DNA of 35,768 bases from a virus (lineage: Duplodnaviria; Caudoviricetes): positions 1 to 35,768 of the IMG/VR virus record IMGVR_UViG_3300031152_000005; one strand, 5' to 3'. The notes below the pieces were generated by a model. The model saw only the letters and a program-made list of their open reading frames with translations, was not told where the DNA came from and made no database searches. The position numbers were made by a program, and so were the translations under genes. Below are positions 9,069 through 16,853 of this stretch, piece by piece (position 1 is the first letter of the stretch; the number at the start of each line of letters is the position of its first letter).

Positions 9069-10760
9069 GTGGCAACAAGAGAGCAAATGGGCACGGACTT
9101 CGAGCCTACGTTTGTACAACGCGTCGCTGCTGGCGTGAAGTACGCAGTTTCTGGGGTCACGCCAACTGACTGGTTCGGCCCCTGGCAACCCCTCGTTCCG
9201 CAGGCCCAGGAAAAGACGGAGGGCCGGGCCTTCGATTACCCAGTTGGGTACAATCTGCGCATTCTCCCGCGCAGTGACGAGGCCATTTCATTCGCACAAC
9301 TGCGCAACTTGGCTGACGGCTACGATCTTCTCCGTCTTGTATTGGAAACTCGTAAGGACCAGATTGAGGCGTTCGAATGGGAAATTGTCCCTGTCAAAGA
9401 AGACGTCACTGCTGAGTCCAAGAAGGAATCCATTTCTCAGATCACCGACTTCTTTCAAAGGCCCGACAAGGAGCACGATTGGCCTGAGTGGCTGAGGATG
9501 CAGACCGAAGACTGCTTGGTCATGGATGCCATTGCGGTCTATCCGCGTGTGGCTCGTGGGGGCCAGCTTTACGGTTTCGAGCTGATTGACGCCTCTACGA
9601 TCAAGCGTGTACTGGACGTGTCGGGTCGTACGCCCTTGCCGCCGAGCCCTGCGTATCAGCAGATCCTCAAAGGCGTACCGACTGCCGACTACACGACTGA
9701 GGACCTCATTTACAAAGTGCGCAATCCTCGCACCAATCGCGTTTACGGCTTCAGTCCCGTCGAACAGATCATCATGACGGTAAGCATCGCCATTCGCCGG
9801 CAAATGAGTCAATTGGACTTCTACACCGCAGGCAACGTGCCCGAGGCGATTGCCCAGGTCCCCGAGAACTGGAACCCGAAGCAGATCCAAGAATTCCAAC
9901 TGTTCTGGGACTCGTTAATGGAGGGCAATACGGCGAACCGTCGCAAGATGCGCTTCATTCCAATGCTCAAGGACATTGTATTTCCCAAAAAGGACGTTCT
10001 CAAAGACGAGTTTGACGAATGGTTGGCCCGCATCGTGTGCTTCGCCTTCTCTATCACTCCATCTGCGCTGATCAAGCAGGTCAATCGTGCGAGTGGGGAA
10101 CAGATGGCGGACACAGCTAAGGAAGAAGGCTTGATGCCGTTCCTGCGTTTTCTGGCTAACCACTTCACAGCGATGGTTCAGAAGATCGACCCAGAGCTCA
10201 AGTTCAAGTGGAAGATTCAGAACAAGATTGATCCGTCTGCGCAGGCTGAGATCCATACCAAGTACATCGCCAGCAAAGTGATCACGCCAGACGAGGCGCG
10301 CAGCGAACTGGGAATGCAGCCGATGACCCCCGAAGAACGGGAAGCCGCGTTCCCCGCGCCGGCCACTCCTGGCTTTGACGAAGAAGGCAGGCCTCTCGCC
10401 CCCGAGGTTGTACCTGGCGAAGAGACTGCGAAGCCTGCGTTTGGCGAGAAGAAGGTTGGGGGCGAGGAAGAGAAGAAGCCGGCCGGCCCGACAGCAAGCG
10501 AGAAGGCTTTGGAAGAAGTGACCAAGCTGCTTGCTGCGTGTATTGAGAAGCTGGATCCTGCGCATCAAGGCGCGATCCTGGAAAAGCTCGCCAAGGCGCA
10601 GCCTCCCACGATCATCGAGCACAAGCCGCAGGTGAACGTGGACGTGGGCGAGACAACCGTACACGCGCACATAGCGCGTCAGGATTTCGGCAAGACCATC
10701 GTCACTGAGCGGCGCGCTGACGGCAGCTTGGTGGCCACCGTGACCAGCAAGAAGGAGTGA
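9069..10760 (+). CDS. Portal protein
   Basis: 563 aa after terL; WFGP.QPL, FFQRPD, RNPRTNRVYGFSPVEQ, ITPDEAR.ELG.P portal motifs; acidic/Pro-rich C-terminal extension. Confidence 0.93.
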   Translation: MATREQMGTDFEPTFVQRVAAGVKYAVSGVTPTDWFGPWQPLVPQAQEKTEGRAFDYPVGYNLRILPRSDEAISFAQLRNLADGYDLLRLVLETRKDQIEAFEWEIVPVKEDVTAESKKESISQITDFFQRPDKEHDWPEWLRMQTEDCLVMDAIAVYPRVARGGQLYGFELIDASTIKRVLDVSGRTPLPPSPAYQQILKGVPTADYTTEDLIYKVRNPRTNRVYGFSPVEQIIMTVSIAIRRQMSQLDFYTAGNVPEAIAQVPENWNPKQIQEFQLFWDSLMEGNTANRRKMRFIPMLKDIVFPKKDVLKDEFDEWLARIVCFAFSITPSALIKQVNRASGEQMADTAKEEGLMPFLRFLANHFTAMVQKIDPELKFKWKIQNKIDPSAQAEIHTKYIASKVITPDEARSELGMQPMTPEEREAAFPAPATPGFDEEGRPLAPEVVPGEETAKPAFGEKKVGGEEEKKPAGPTASEKALEEVTKLLAACIEKLDPAHQGAILEKLAKAQPPTIIEHKPQVNVDVGETTVHAHIARQDFGKTIVTERRADGSLVATVTSKKE

Positions 10761-10764
10761 CCAA

Positions 10765-10935
10765 GTGATCGATACAAAACTGGGCCCGATGGACCCTGCT
10801 GACTTGGTGTTGAAGGAAACTCGGCAGCAGCTTCCGGCCGGCGTGGCGGTGACAAAGTCGTACTACTTCCAAGGCGAGCTTGTCAAGCAGGATGTTGACC
10901 TTGCCGTGGGTGTGAAATTGGAACAAGGAGAGTAA
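10765..10935 (+). CDS. 56-aa hypothetical protein (not in ORF track)
   Basis: AAGGAG SD, GTG start; MIDTKLGPMDPADLVLKETRQQLPAGVAVTKSYYFQGELVKQDVDLAVGVKLEQGE; ends 1 nt before the next gene. Confidence 0.65.
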   Translation: MIDTKLGPMDPADLVLKETRQQLPAGVAVTKSYYFQGELVKQDVDLAVGVKLEQGE

Positions 10936-10936
10936 C

Positions 10937-11362
10937 GTGGCAATTACGACAGCAATGTGTACCAGCTTCAAAAAGGAGCTCATGACCGCGACGCACAATT
11001 TCAGCGTTGGAGGCAGCAACATGAGGATGGCGTTGTTCGACTCCACCGCAACGATGGACGCCACTACGACAGTGTACAGTACAGCCAACCAGGTGGTCGG
11101 TACGGGGTACGCAGCGGGCGGCAAGCCTCTGACCAATATCGATCCGGCTACGAGCGGCACAACTGCGTTCGCAGACTTTGACGACGTGGTTTGGACCGGA
11201 GCGACGTTCAGCGCGCGGGGGGCGCAGATCTTCAACAACAGCGCAGGCAACGCCAGTGTGAGCGTGCACGACTTCGGTACGACGGTGTCGGTAGTGAGCG
11301 GCAATCTGACCGTCTCATTTCCGACTGCTAACGCAACCGCGGCGATTCTGAGGCTCGCATGA
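10937..11362 (+). CDS. Putative virion structural protein (beta-rich)
   Basis: MAITTAMCTSFKKEL..., GTGY.AGG..L, DFDDVVW, ARGA.I.N, DFG pattern common among phage structural ORFs; AAGGAG SD. Confidence 0.75.
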   Translation: MAITTAMCTSFKKELMTATHNFSVGGSNMRMALFDSTATMDATTTVYSTANQVVGTGYAAGGKPLTNIDPATSGTTAFADFDDVVWTGATFSARGAQIFNNSAGNASVSVHDFGTTVSVVSGNLTVSFPTANATAAILRLA

Positions 11363-12093
11363 CTCAATTGTTCGCCAACAACGCCCAAAGCACGTTGGCG
11401 GTCACTGCCAACTCGTCAGTCACGTCTTTGTCGCTTGCGGCGGGTCAAGGTGCGCTTTTTCCCACGCCGGTTGGAGGGAATTTCTTTACGCTCACACTGA
11501 CGCAGGCAGGCGCTGAGACGTCTTGGGAAATCGTCAAGGTCACGGCACGATCAACTGACACGCTGACGGTTGTACGCGCGCAAGAAGGTACGACAGCAGC
11601 TGCTTGGGCAAGCGGCAGCAAAGCAGAGTTGAGAATCACGGCGGGTACGGTTTGGCCTCTGCCTAACTTGGACCAAAGCATTATTCCAACTTGGACTGGT
11701 AGGCACATATTCAACAACCAACCTGTGGGCATCGGGGATGCTAACTCCAACACACTAGGCTCCAGACTAGTGGTAGGAGGCGACGTCTTCAGTTCTGCGC
11801 TGGTGAGGTCCACGGGCAACGCAGGCGGCGTAGGCGCTAGCGAGCTTTACTTGAGCAGCGCTACAGCAGACAACACAGGCGGGCTAGTCGGGTACTCCCA
11901 CAGTAGTGACAGGCTGTATTTTGGGGCGGGAGGTTCTACGTGGCTGGCGCTCAACAGCTCGGGAGCTGTGGGTCTTAACGGCGCCAACTTCGGAACCGCG
12001 GGTCAGGTGATGACGTCGGCAGGTAGTGCGGCGCCGGCTACGTGGACTAGTCTGCACAGGCTCATGGCGGTCTTCTCTACACTACGGGTTTAA
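11359..12093 (+). CDS. Putative fibre/appendage protein
   Basis: FANNA.STLA, EIVKVTAR..DTLTVVRAQEGT.A..W...ELR.TAG N-terminal module; Gly/Ser-rich fibre-like body; G.AGQV.TS.G...W repeat. Confidence 0.7.
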   Translation: MTQLFANNAQSTLAVTANSSVTSLSLAAGQGALFPTPVGGNFFTLTLTQAGAETSWEIVKVTARSTDTLTVVRAQEGTTAAAWASGSKAELRITAGTVWPLPNLDQSIIPTWTGRHIFNNQPVGIGDANSNTLGSRLVVGGDVFSSALVRSTGNAGGVGASELYLSSATADNTGGLVGYSHSSDRLYFGAGGSTWLALNSSGAVGLNGANFGTAGQVMTSAGSAAPATWTSLHRLMAVFSTLRV

Positions 12094-12099
12094 CGCTCA

Positions 12100-12951
12100 A
12101 TGATATTTCTCACAGCTACATCAGAAACGTTGACGCTTGTCACGTCCGCGGCGCTTAGCCTTGACTGGGCTGCGGGGTTCGTAGACATAAACAGCACAAC
12201 CGGGGCCACTCCCGGGTCCAGCCAAGGCAACGTCACCACCGCTACAACGACAACGGTAGTAGCCGCGCCAGCGGCAAGCGTGCAAAGGCAACTGAAGTCG
12301 TTCACGGCGGTCAACAAGGATGCGACGCTGACACAGACCATTACGCTCAACAAGGTCACAGGGGCGGGGGCGTTTGCGTTGGCCAGGAACGTCCCTTTGT
12401 CGCCAAACGAGGTACTGTTGTGGGTGGATAGCATTGGGTTTGTGGTGCTGAACGCGTCAGGTGTACAAAAGGTAGCCAACGCCGCCAACGCGTCGGACTT
12501 GACGGGGTCGGCACTAGCGGCAGGTGTCACCGCATCGTCGTTAACCAGCTTGGGGATTGTTACTGCTTTGTCAGCGGGGTCTATTACCAGCACAGGTAAC
12601 ACCGTACTGGGCGACACCAGTACAGATACATTGAACGTAGGGAACGGCGGTCTGGTCAAGGACGCAAGCGGGAACGTTCTAGTCGGAGAAACTACCGCTG
12701 GGTATTCGTCGGCAAACCGCGGGTTGGTTGAAATCAACGGGGCTAGTTCGGCTCTTTTGGGCCTGAGAGTCAGCAGCGTCAACAAAGGCTATTTGTTTCA
12801 CAGCGGAACTGATTTGTTTCTGTCTAACGACGCAAACGGCGCTTTTGGGCTTAACACCAACGCCGTTACGCGTCTGAACGTTAGTGCTGCAGGTAACGTG
12901 TACGGCACGATTGGAACCCCAGGTATGACTGACGACTTCAATAAGCGGTAG
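12100..12951 (+). CDS. Putative fibre protein, C-terminus apparently frameshifted (continues in +1 frame to 13030)
   Basis: Thr/Ala/Gly-rich with SSLTSLG and GNV repeats; +1 frame from 12941 reads ISGRVPMYYDSTNNNFYVYNGAWKKVTLA*. Confidence 0.7.
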   Translation: MIFLTATSETLTLVTSAALSLDWAAGFVDINSTTGATPGSSQGNVTTATTTTVVAAPAASVQRQLKSFTAVNKDATLTQTITLNKVTGAGAFALARNVPLSPNEVLLWVDSIGFVVLNASGVQKVANAANASDLTGSALAAGVTASSLTSLGIVTALSAGSITSTGNTVLGDTSTDTLNVGNGGLVKDASGNVLVGETTAGYSSANRGLVEINGASSALLGLRVSSVNKGYLFHSGTDLFLSNDANGAFGLNTNAVTRLNVSAAGNVYGTIGTPGMTDDFNKR

Positions 12952-13049
12952 GGTCCCGATGTACTACGACAGCACTAACAATAACTTCTACGTGTACAAC
13001 GGCGCGTGGAAGAAAGTGACATTGGCGTAACTACTAAGCAGGAGATTTC

Positions 13050-13274
13050 ATGGCCACTCTAACCCCCGATCAAAAAACCGCCAAGGACCAACTGAGGCAC
13101 TTGAGGTTTAGAAAACAGTCGCTACAGGACGAAAAGTCTGTACTACAAACTGCGTCTGCGCGTATACCAGATATCAATGCCGAAATAGACACGATCAACG
13201 CGCAGATAGACATCATCAAGCTGCGCGATCCTGACGAGCGGGCGCAAGCGCAGACTCAACCGAAGACGATTTGA
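13050..13274 (+). CDS. Small coiled-coil protein (possible fibre assembly chaperone)
   Basis: AGGAG SD, 74 aa, heptads INAEIDTINAQIDII; follows fibre gene. Confidence 0.65.
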   Translation: MATLTPDQKTAKDQLRHLRFRKQSLQDEKSVLQTASARIPDINAEIDTINAQIDIIKLRDPDERAQAQTQPKTI

Positions 13275-13293
13275 ATAAACAAGGCAGGTTGCC

Positions 13294-14547
13294 GTGAAAT
13301 TCAACTCTGGACCGTTTAACAGCGCCGCGTTTGATACTGCGTCTCAGATAGACGCGCAGACGTCGTTGGTCGGGGTGGCTACTACTGGGGGCGTTGGGGC
13401 AGTCAGCCTGTCGGTTAGTCCGACTATCGTACTTGCGTCAGTATCGTCTCAGACGGCTCTGGGCAGCGTCTCTATAGTCGCCCAGTCTATCACTTCTGCC
13501 CTGGGGGTATCCGCAACAGGCCAAGTAGGCCAGATTTCAGAGATTTGCGACTCAGCCGTACAGCTTACCTCGGTGTCGTCGCAAACAGGGCTTGGCGATC
13601 TGACCTTGTCAGCCCCCTCCACGACAAGTTTGGTAGGGGCCGAAGCCTCTGGCCAAGTGGGTAGCTTGTCGATCGCGGTTTCTTCGCTTGCAGAGTTGGG
13701 CGGCGTGTTTGCGGTTGGCCAAGTAGGCAGTCTGTCGGCCAGCTACGATTCTTCGATTGAGCTTAGCTCTGTATCGGCGGCGGGCCAGACGGGGGCGTTG
13801 TCGCTCGGAAATGACCTGGTATTGACCGGCGTGGCTGCCGCGGGGGCGGTTGGGGTGCTGGCGCAGCCCGTAGATTCTTCGGCAGAACTAACCTCGGTAG
13901 TCGCGGCGGGGCAAGTCGGAACCTTGGGGCTCAGCGCCGACTCAGCTGTCCAACTCGGGGCGGTATCCGCAGCCGGGCAGGTCGGGGCGCTGCAACTCGG
14001 GGCAGACCTGATCATCTCCGGTGTGTCGTCTGCGTGCGAAATCGGCACGCTAGGCGTGTTTTCGGAGGCTAGCCTGCAGGGGGCTGCAGCTACGGGTGAA
14101 GTCGGGCAGCTTTCGACCAGTGTTGAGGTGACGGCTATCGAGCTTGTCGGCGTTGAGTCCGCTGGGCAGGTAGGGTTGTTGGAAGTGGGGGTCAAAGAAG
14201 CACCCAGCCAAGCCGGTTTGGACGGGGTTTCGTCAGGTTTGATCCTGGAGTTCGACAGGTCTTACCGCGAGCACGGTCAAGTGACGTTGCTGGGCGTGTC
14301 CAGTACGGCTTCGGTAGGCCCGTTGTTCGCACGCGCCGAAGCTCCGTTCAAACCTCTGCCCAACTACGTCCCGCCGCAAGTGGCGAAGTTCGCGCTGGGC
14401 GCCAAGACCCGCACAGAGTCATCAACTTGTTGGCTGAGAGGCGTGACGGCAAACCTGGAGCCCGCTACGTCGTTCGAGCTTGGCGACGAGCTTGGTGTGT
14501 TTGACAACGAACTGGAGGAACTAGCCATGCTAGTCGCTGCGCTATGA
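13294..14547 (+). CDS. Repeat-rich putative virion protein
   Basis: About 13-14 imperfect L-x-[GS]-V-x-A-x-G-Q-V-G-x-L units of roughly 20-22 aa; acidic/hydrophobic C-terminus NELEELAMLVAAL. Confidence 0.75.
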   Translation: MKFNSGPFNSAAFDTASQIDAQTSLVGVATTGGVGAVSLSVSPTIVLASVSSQTALGSVSIVAQSITSALGVSATGQVGQISEICDSAVQLTSVSSQTGLGDLTLSAPSTTSLVGAEASGQVGSLSIAVSSLAELGGVFAVGQVGSLSASYDSSIELSSVSAAGQTGALSLGNDLVLTGVAAAGAVGVLAQPVDSSAELTSVVAAGQVGTLGLSADSAVQLGAVSAAGQVGALQLGADLIISGVSSACEIGTLGVFSEASLQGAAATGEVGQLSTSVEVTAIELVGVESAGQVGLLEVGVKEAPSQAGLDGVSSGLILEFDRSYREHGQVTLLGVSSTASVGPLFARAEAPFKPLPNYVPPQVAKFALGAKTRTESSTCWLRGVTANLEPATSFELGDELGVFDNELEELAMLVAAL

Positions 14548-15410
14548 GATATGTTTGCGTATCCACCGACTGCTCTTGCGCAGCTCCGGTCTTGGCGAAG
14601 GCGCTGGACTTGCAGGTGGCCAACAGCCAACGTCTGAGCAAGGGGTGCAGACCTGTCGCCACTACCGCGCTGGGCCGCTACGTTGAGAAGAAGCAACGCA
14701 GCCTCGCCCCCAAGCTGGCGAAAGTACTGAAGGACTTCGGCCGCAAGGTTGCCCAGAGGATCACCAGTGCGTACCCAGCGACGGAGAAGCTGTCCAAGGC
14801 CGACAAGGATTTGATTCAGCAGCTCATTGACAAACTCAATGCGGAGTCGTTGGGCGAAGAGCTTACGGGGGAGCTGGAGAACGCCACGACAGCGGCGTTC
14901 CGTCGCGCTGCCGCGTACGGGGCCAAGCAAGTGGGCCTGGTAGTGGGCGAGATCACGGAGCAAGTAGACGAGGCCGCTGTCAAGTACGCCAAGGTGCGCG
15001 GAGGTGAGCTGATCAAGGACTTGGCCGACACCACAGAGAAGGACATGCGCAGTTTGTTGGAACGCGCGGTGGCGGAGGGCATGTCCGTGGACGAGCTTTC
15101 TGACGCCATAGAAGGCATGGGGGCGTTCGGTGAGGCGCGCGCCAACACAATCGCCCGTACTGAGCTGGCCAACGCTCACGTACAAGGCAACGTTCAAGGT
15201 TGGAAGGAGAGCGGCCTGAACATTCGTAAAGTCTCTTTACTGGGAGACTTGCACGACATTGCTGACATCTGCGATGAGTGCGCGGATGCTGGCGAAGTAG
15301 ACATGGAAGCTGAGTTTGTTGACGGTGCGACGTTCCCGCCGTACCACCCTAACTGTATTTGCGATATTTCACCTGTCATCATCGAAGACCCAGAAGGAGA
15401 GCAATCATGA
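14544..15410 (+). CDS. Phage Mu gpF-like head morphogenesis protein
   Basis: RANTIARTELA, CDEC and PPYHPNCIC motifs. Confidence 0.9.
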   Translation: MRYVCVSTDCSCAAPVLAKALDLQVANSQRLSKGCRPVATTALGRYVEKKQRSLAPKLAKVLKDFGRKVAQRITSAYPATEKLSKADKDLIQQLIDKLNAESLGEELTGELENATTAAFRRAAAYGAKQVGLVVGEITEQVDEAAVKYAKVRGGELIKDLADTTEKDMRSLLERAVAEGMSVDELSDAIEGMGAFGEARANTIARTELANAHVQGNVQGWKESGLNIRKVSLLGDLHDIADICDECADAGEVDMEAEFVDGATFPPYHPNCICDISPVIIEDPEGEQS

Positions 15411-15718
15411 ACATCGTTTTTCGCCCCAACACACAAGGCTCGCTGACCGTAGCGGCCACCAACGTCTCGACAAGCATCGCGTTGCCCCCTGGAGGAGGCG
15501 GTATGACGCGCGTGGTCAACACGGGACCGGGCAATGCCTATGTCGAGTTCGGGCCGAGCGGCTGTAACGCAGCAGTTCCGACAACTTCGCCTGGAAGTAC
15601 GTGCGTGGTGGCCAACGCGCCTGCCTCGTTCTTCCGTCTGCGGCCCAGCGACGCCAACGTGGCTGTCGTCGCTGACACCACAGCGTCAGTCAAGATCGCC
15701 CGCGGGGACGAGGTGTAA
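15407..15718 (+). CDS. Small beta-rich putative structural protein
   Basis: AAGGAG SD, ATG 15407 overlapping the MuF stop; RVVNTG..AYVEFG. Confidence 0.7.
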   Translation: MNIVFRPNTQGSLTVAATNVSTSIALPPGGGGMTRVVNTGPGNAYVEFGPSGCNAAVPTTSPGSTCVVANAPASFFRLRPSDANVAVVADTTASVKIARGDEV

Positions 15719-15719
15719 C

Positions 15720-16751
15720 GTGGCGCAGCTTGCGGTGTTGCTCAAAACAGACGAACGCGAGCGGGACGAACTCGGCAGGTACGTCGGTCAGGGCCGAATA
15801 GACTACGCCATAGGGCAAATCGACTGGCAAGCTGGCAGGGGAGGCGTACCCAGTTCTGAAATTAAGGTGGCTAACGTCATACCGTCTGGCTTGTCTGTGG
15901 GTGCAAAACACAACAGATTAGTAGGAAGTATGCAAGGGGAGTTCGATGAGAATTCGGGCAAGGGGCAGACTGTAAAGTTGCGTCACTTGATAGGGACCCA
16001 AACATCTATCCGTGTGGAGCGCGTAAAGGAGCTGGTTAACGACATAGGCCAGACGGACGGTGAGGCCATAGAAGTCATGCGCGGGACGGACGGCAAGATG
16101 TATTTGGTGGATGGCCACCACCGTGTCGCGGCCATGTCTCTGCTGGGAGCGAGGGAGGCAGATGCTATCGTGTACCAGCAGAAGGCCAAGAAAATACACC
16201 TGCCCGCTTTGATCAAAGTACACGAATACCTGGACAACGCCGCCCACGAAGCGGCCACCAGCGATCTGAACCTGCTTCGCGCACCCACCGAGGGAAGGAT
16301 CAAGGCTGGTAACTACAAGAAGGGTCATTGGAAAATCTCAGGCCTCAGCGTCACCATCGAGAACCCCGCGGGATCGAAGCGCCGTCCTGAGTGGCCGGAG
16401 TTGACGGCGCATTACGGCTACGTGCGAGGCACCGAGGGCGCTGATGGCGATCACGTGGATGTGTTCTTGAAGCCCAGCACGCCGAACAACTGGGCTGGTA
16501 CCGCGTACGTGATCGACCAGGTCAATCCGGACGGAACGTTTGACGAGCACAAGTGCATGATCGGCTGGAAGGACGAAGAATCAGCCACCCGGGCGTACAT
16601 GGGCAACTACACCAAAGGGTGGAAGCTCGGCAAGGTGACGGCCCTGTCGTGGGTGGAGTTCAAACAGTGGCTCAAGGGAGACACAACCAAGCCGCTGAGC
16701 AAGAGAGCCCAGGCCAAGGTTGCTGTTCTACTCAAGGCGTCAGCCCTGTAA
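15720..16751 (+). CDS. ParB/Srx-like domain fused to polyvalent-protein-type inorganic pyrophosphatase (InPase) domain
   Basis: GAGGT SD before GTG 15720; IEV...GKMYLVDGHHRVAA; GNYKKGH..I.GL.VTIENP.GS, HYGY.RGT.GADGDHVDVF, YVIDQ, FDEHKCM.G, FKQWL. Confidence 0.8.
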   Translation: MAQLAVLLKTDERERDELGRYVGQGRIDYAIGQIDWQAGRGGVPSSEIKVANVIPSGLSVGAKHNRLVGSMQGEFDENSGKGQTVKLRHLIGTQTSIRVERVKELVNDIGQTDGEAIEVMRGTDGKMYLVDGHHRVAAMSLLGAREADAIVYQQKAKKIHLPALIKVHEYLDNAAHEAATSDLNLLRAPTEGRIKAGNYKKGHWKISGLSVTIENPAGSKRRPEWPELTAHYGYVRGTEGADGDHVDVFLKPSTPNNWAGTAYVIDQVNPDGTFDEHKCMIGWKDEESATRAYMGNYTKGWKLGKVTALSWVEFKQWLKGDTTKPLSKRAQAKVAVLLKASAL

Positions 16752-16774
16752 TTTCCACCAATTATAAATTTTCT

Positions 16775-16799
16775 CTATCGCAGCGTATACTCCGATAGC
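16775..16799 (+). promoter_or_regulatory. Palindromic late-gene motif CTATCG-N12-CGATAGC, copy 2 (before protease-capsid genes)
   Basis: Spacer contains TATACT; AT-rich tract immediately upstream; matches 5889-5913. Confidence 0.6.
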
Positions 16800-16853
16800 T
16801 TTAGGGTATGCGCCCGCGCGCGAGACTCACTCAACAAGGACTGGAGTTTTGAA

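Noticed and set aside
11359-13030. Diversity-generating retroelement or invertible cassette acting on fibre genes
   Set aside because: No reverse transcriptase, invertase or template/variable repeat pair visible in the window
15720-16200. ParB-like domain as a plasmid-prophage partition system
   Set aside because: No ParA, no HTH/dimerisation region after the motif, and it is fused to InPase inside the head operon
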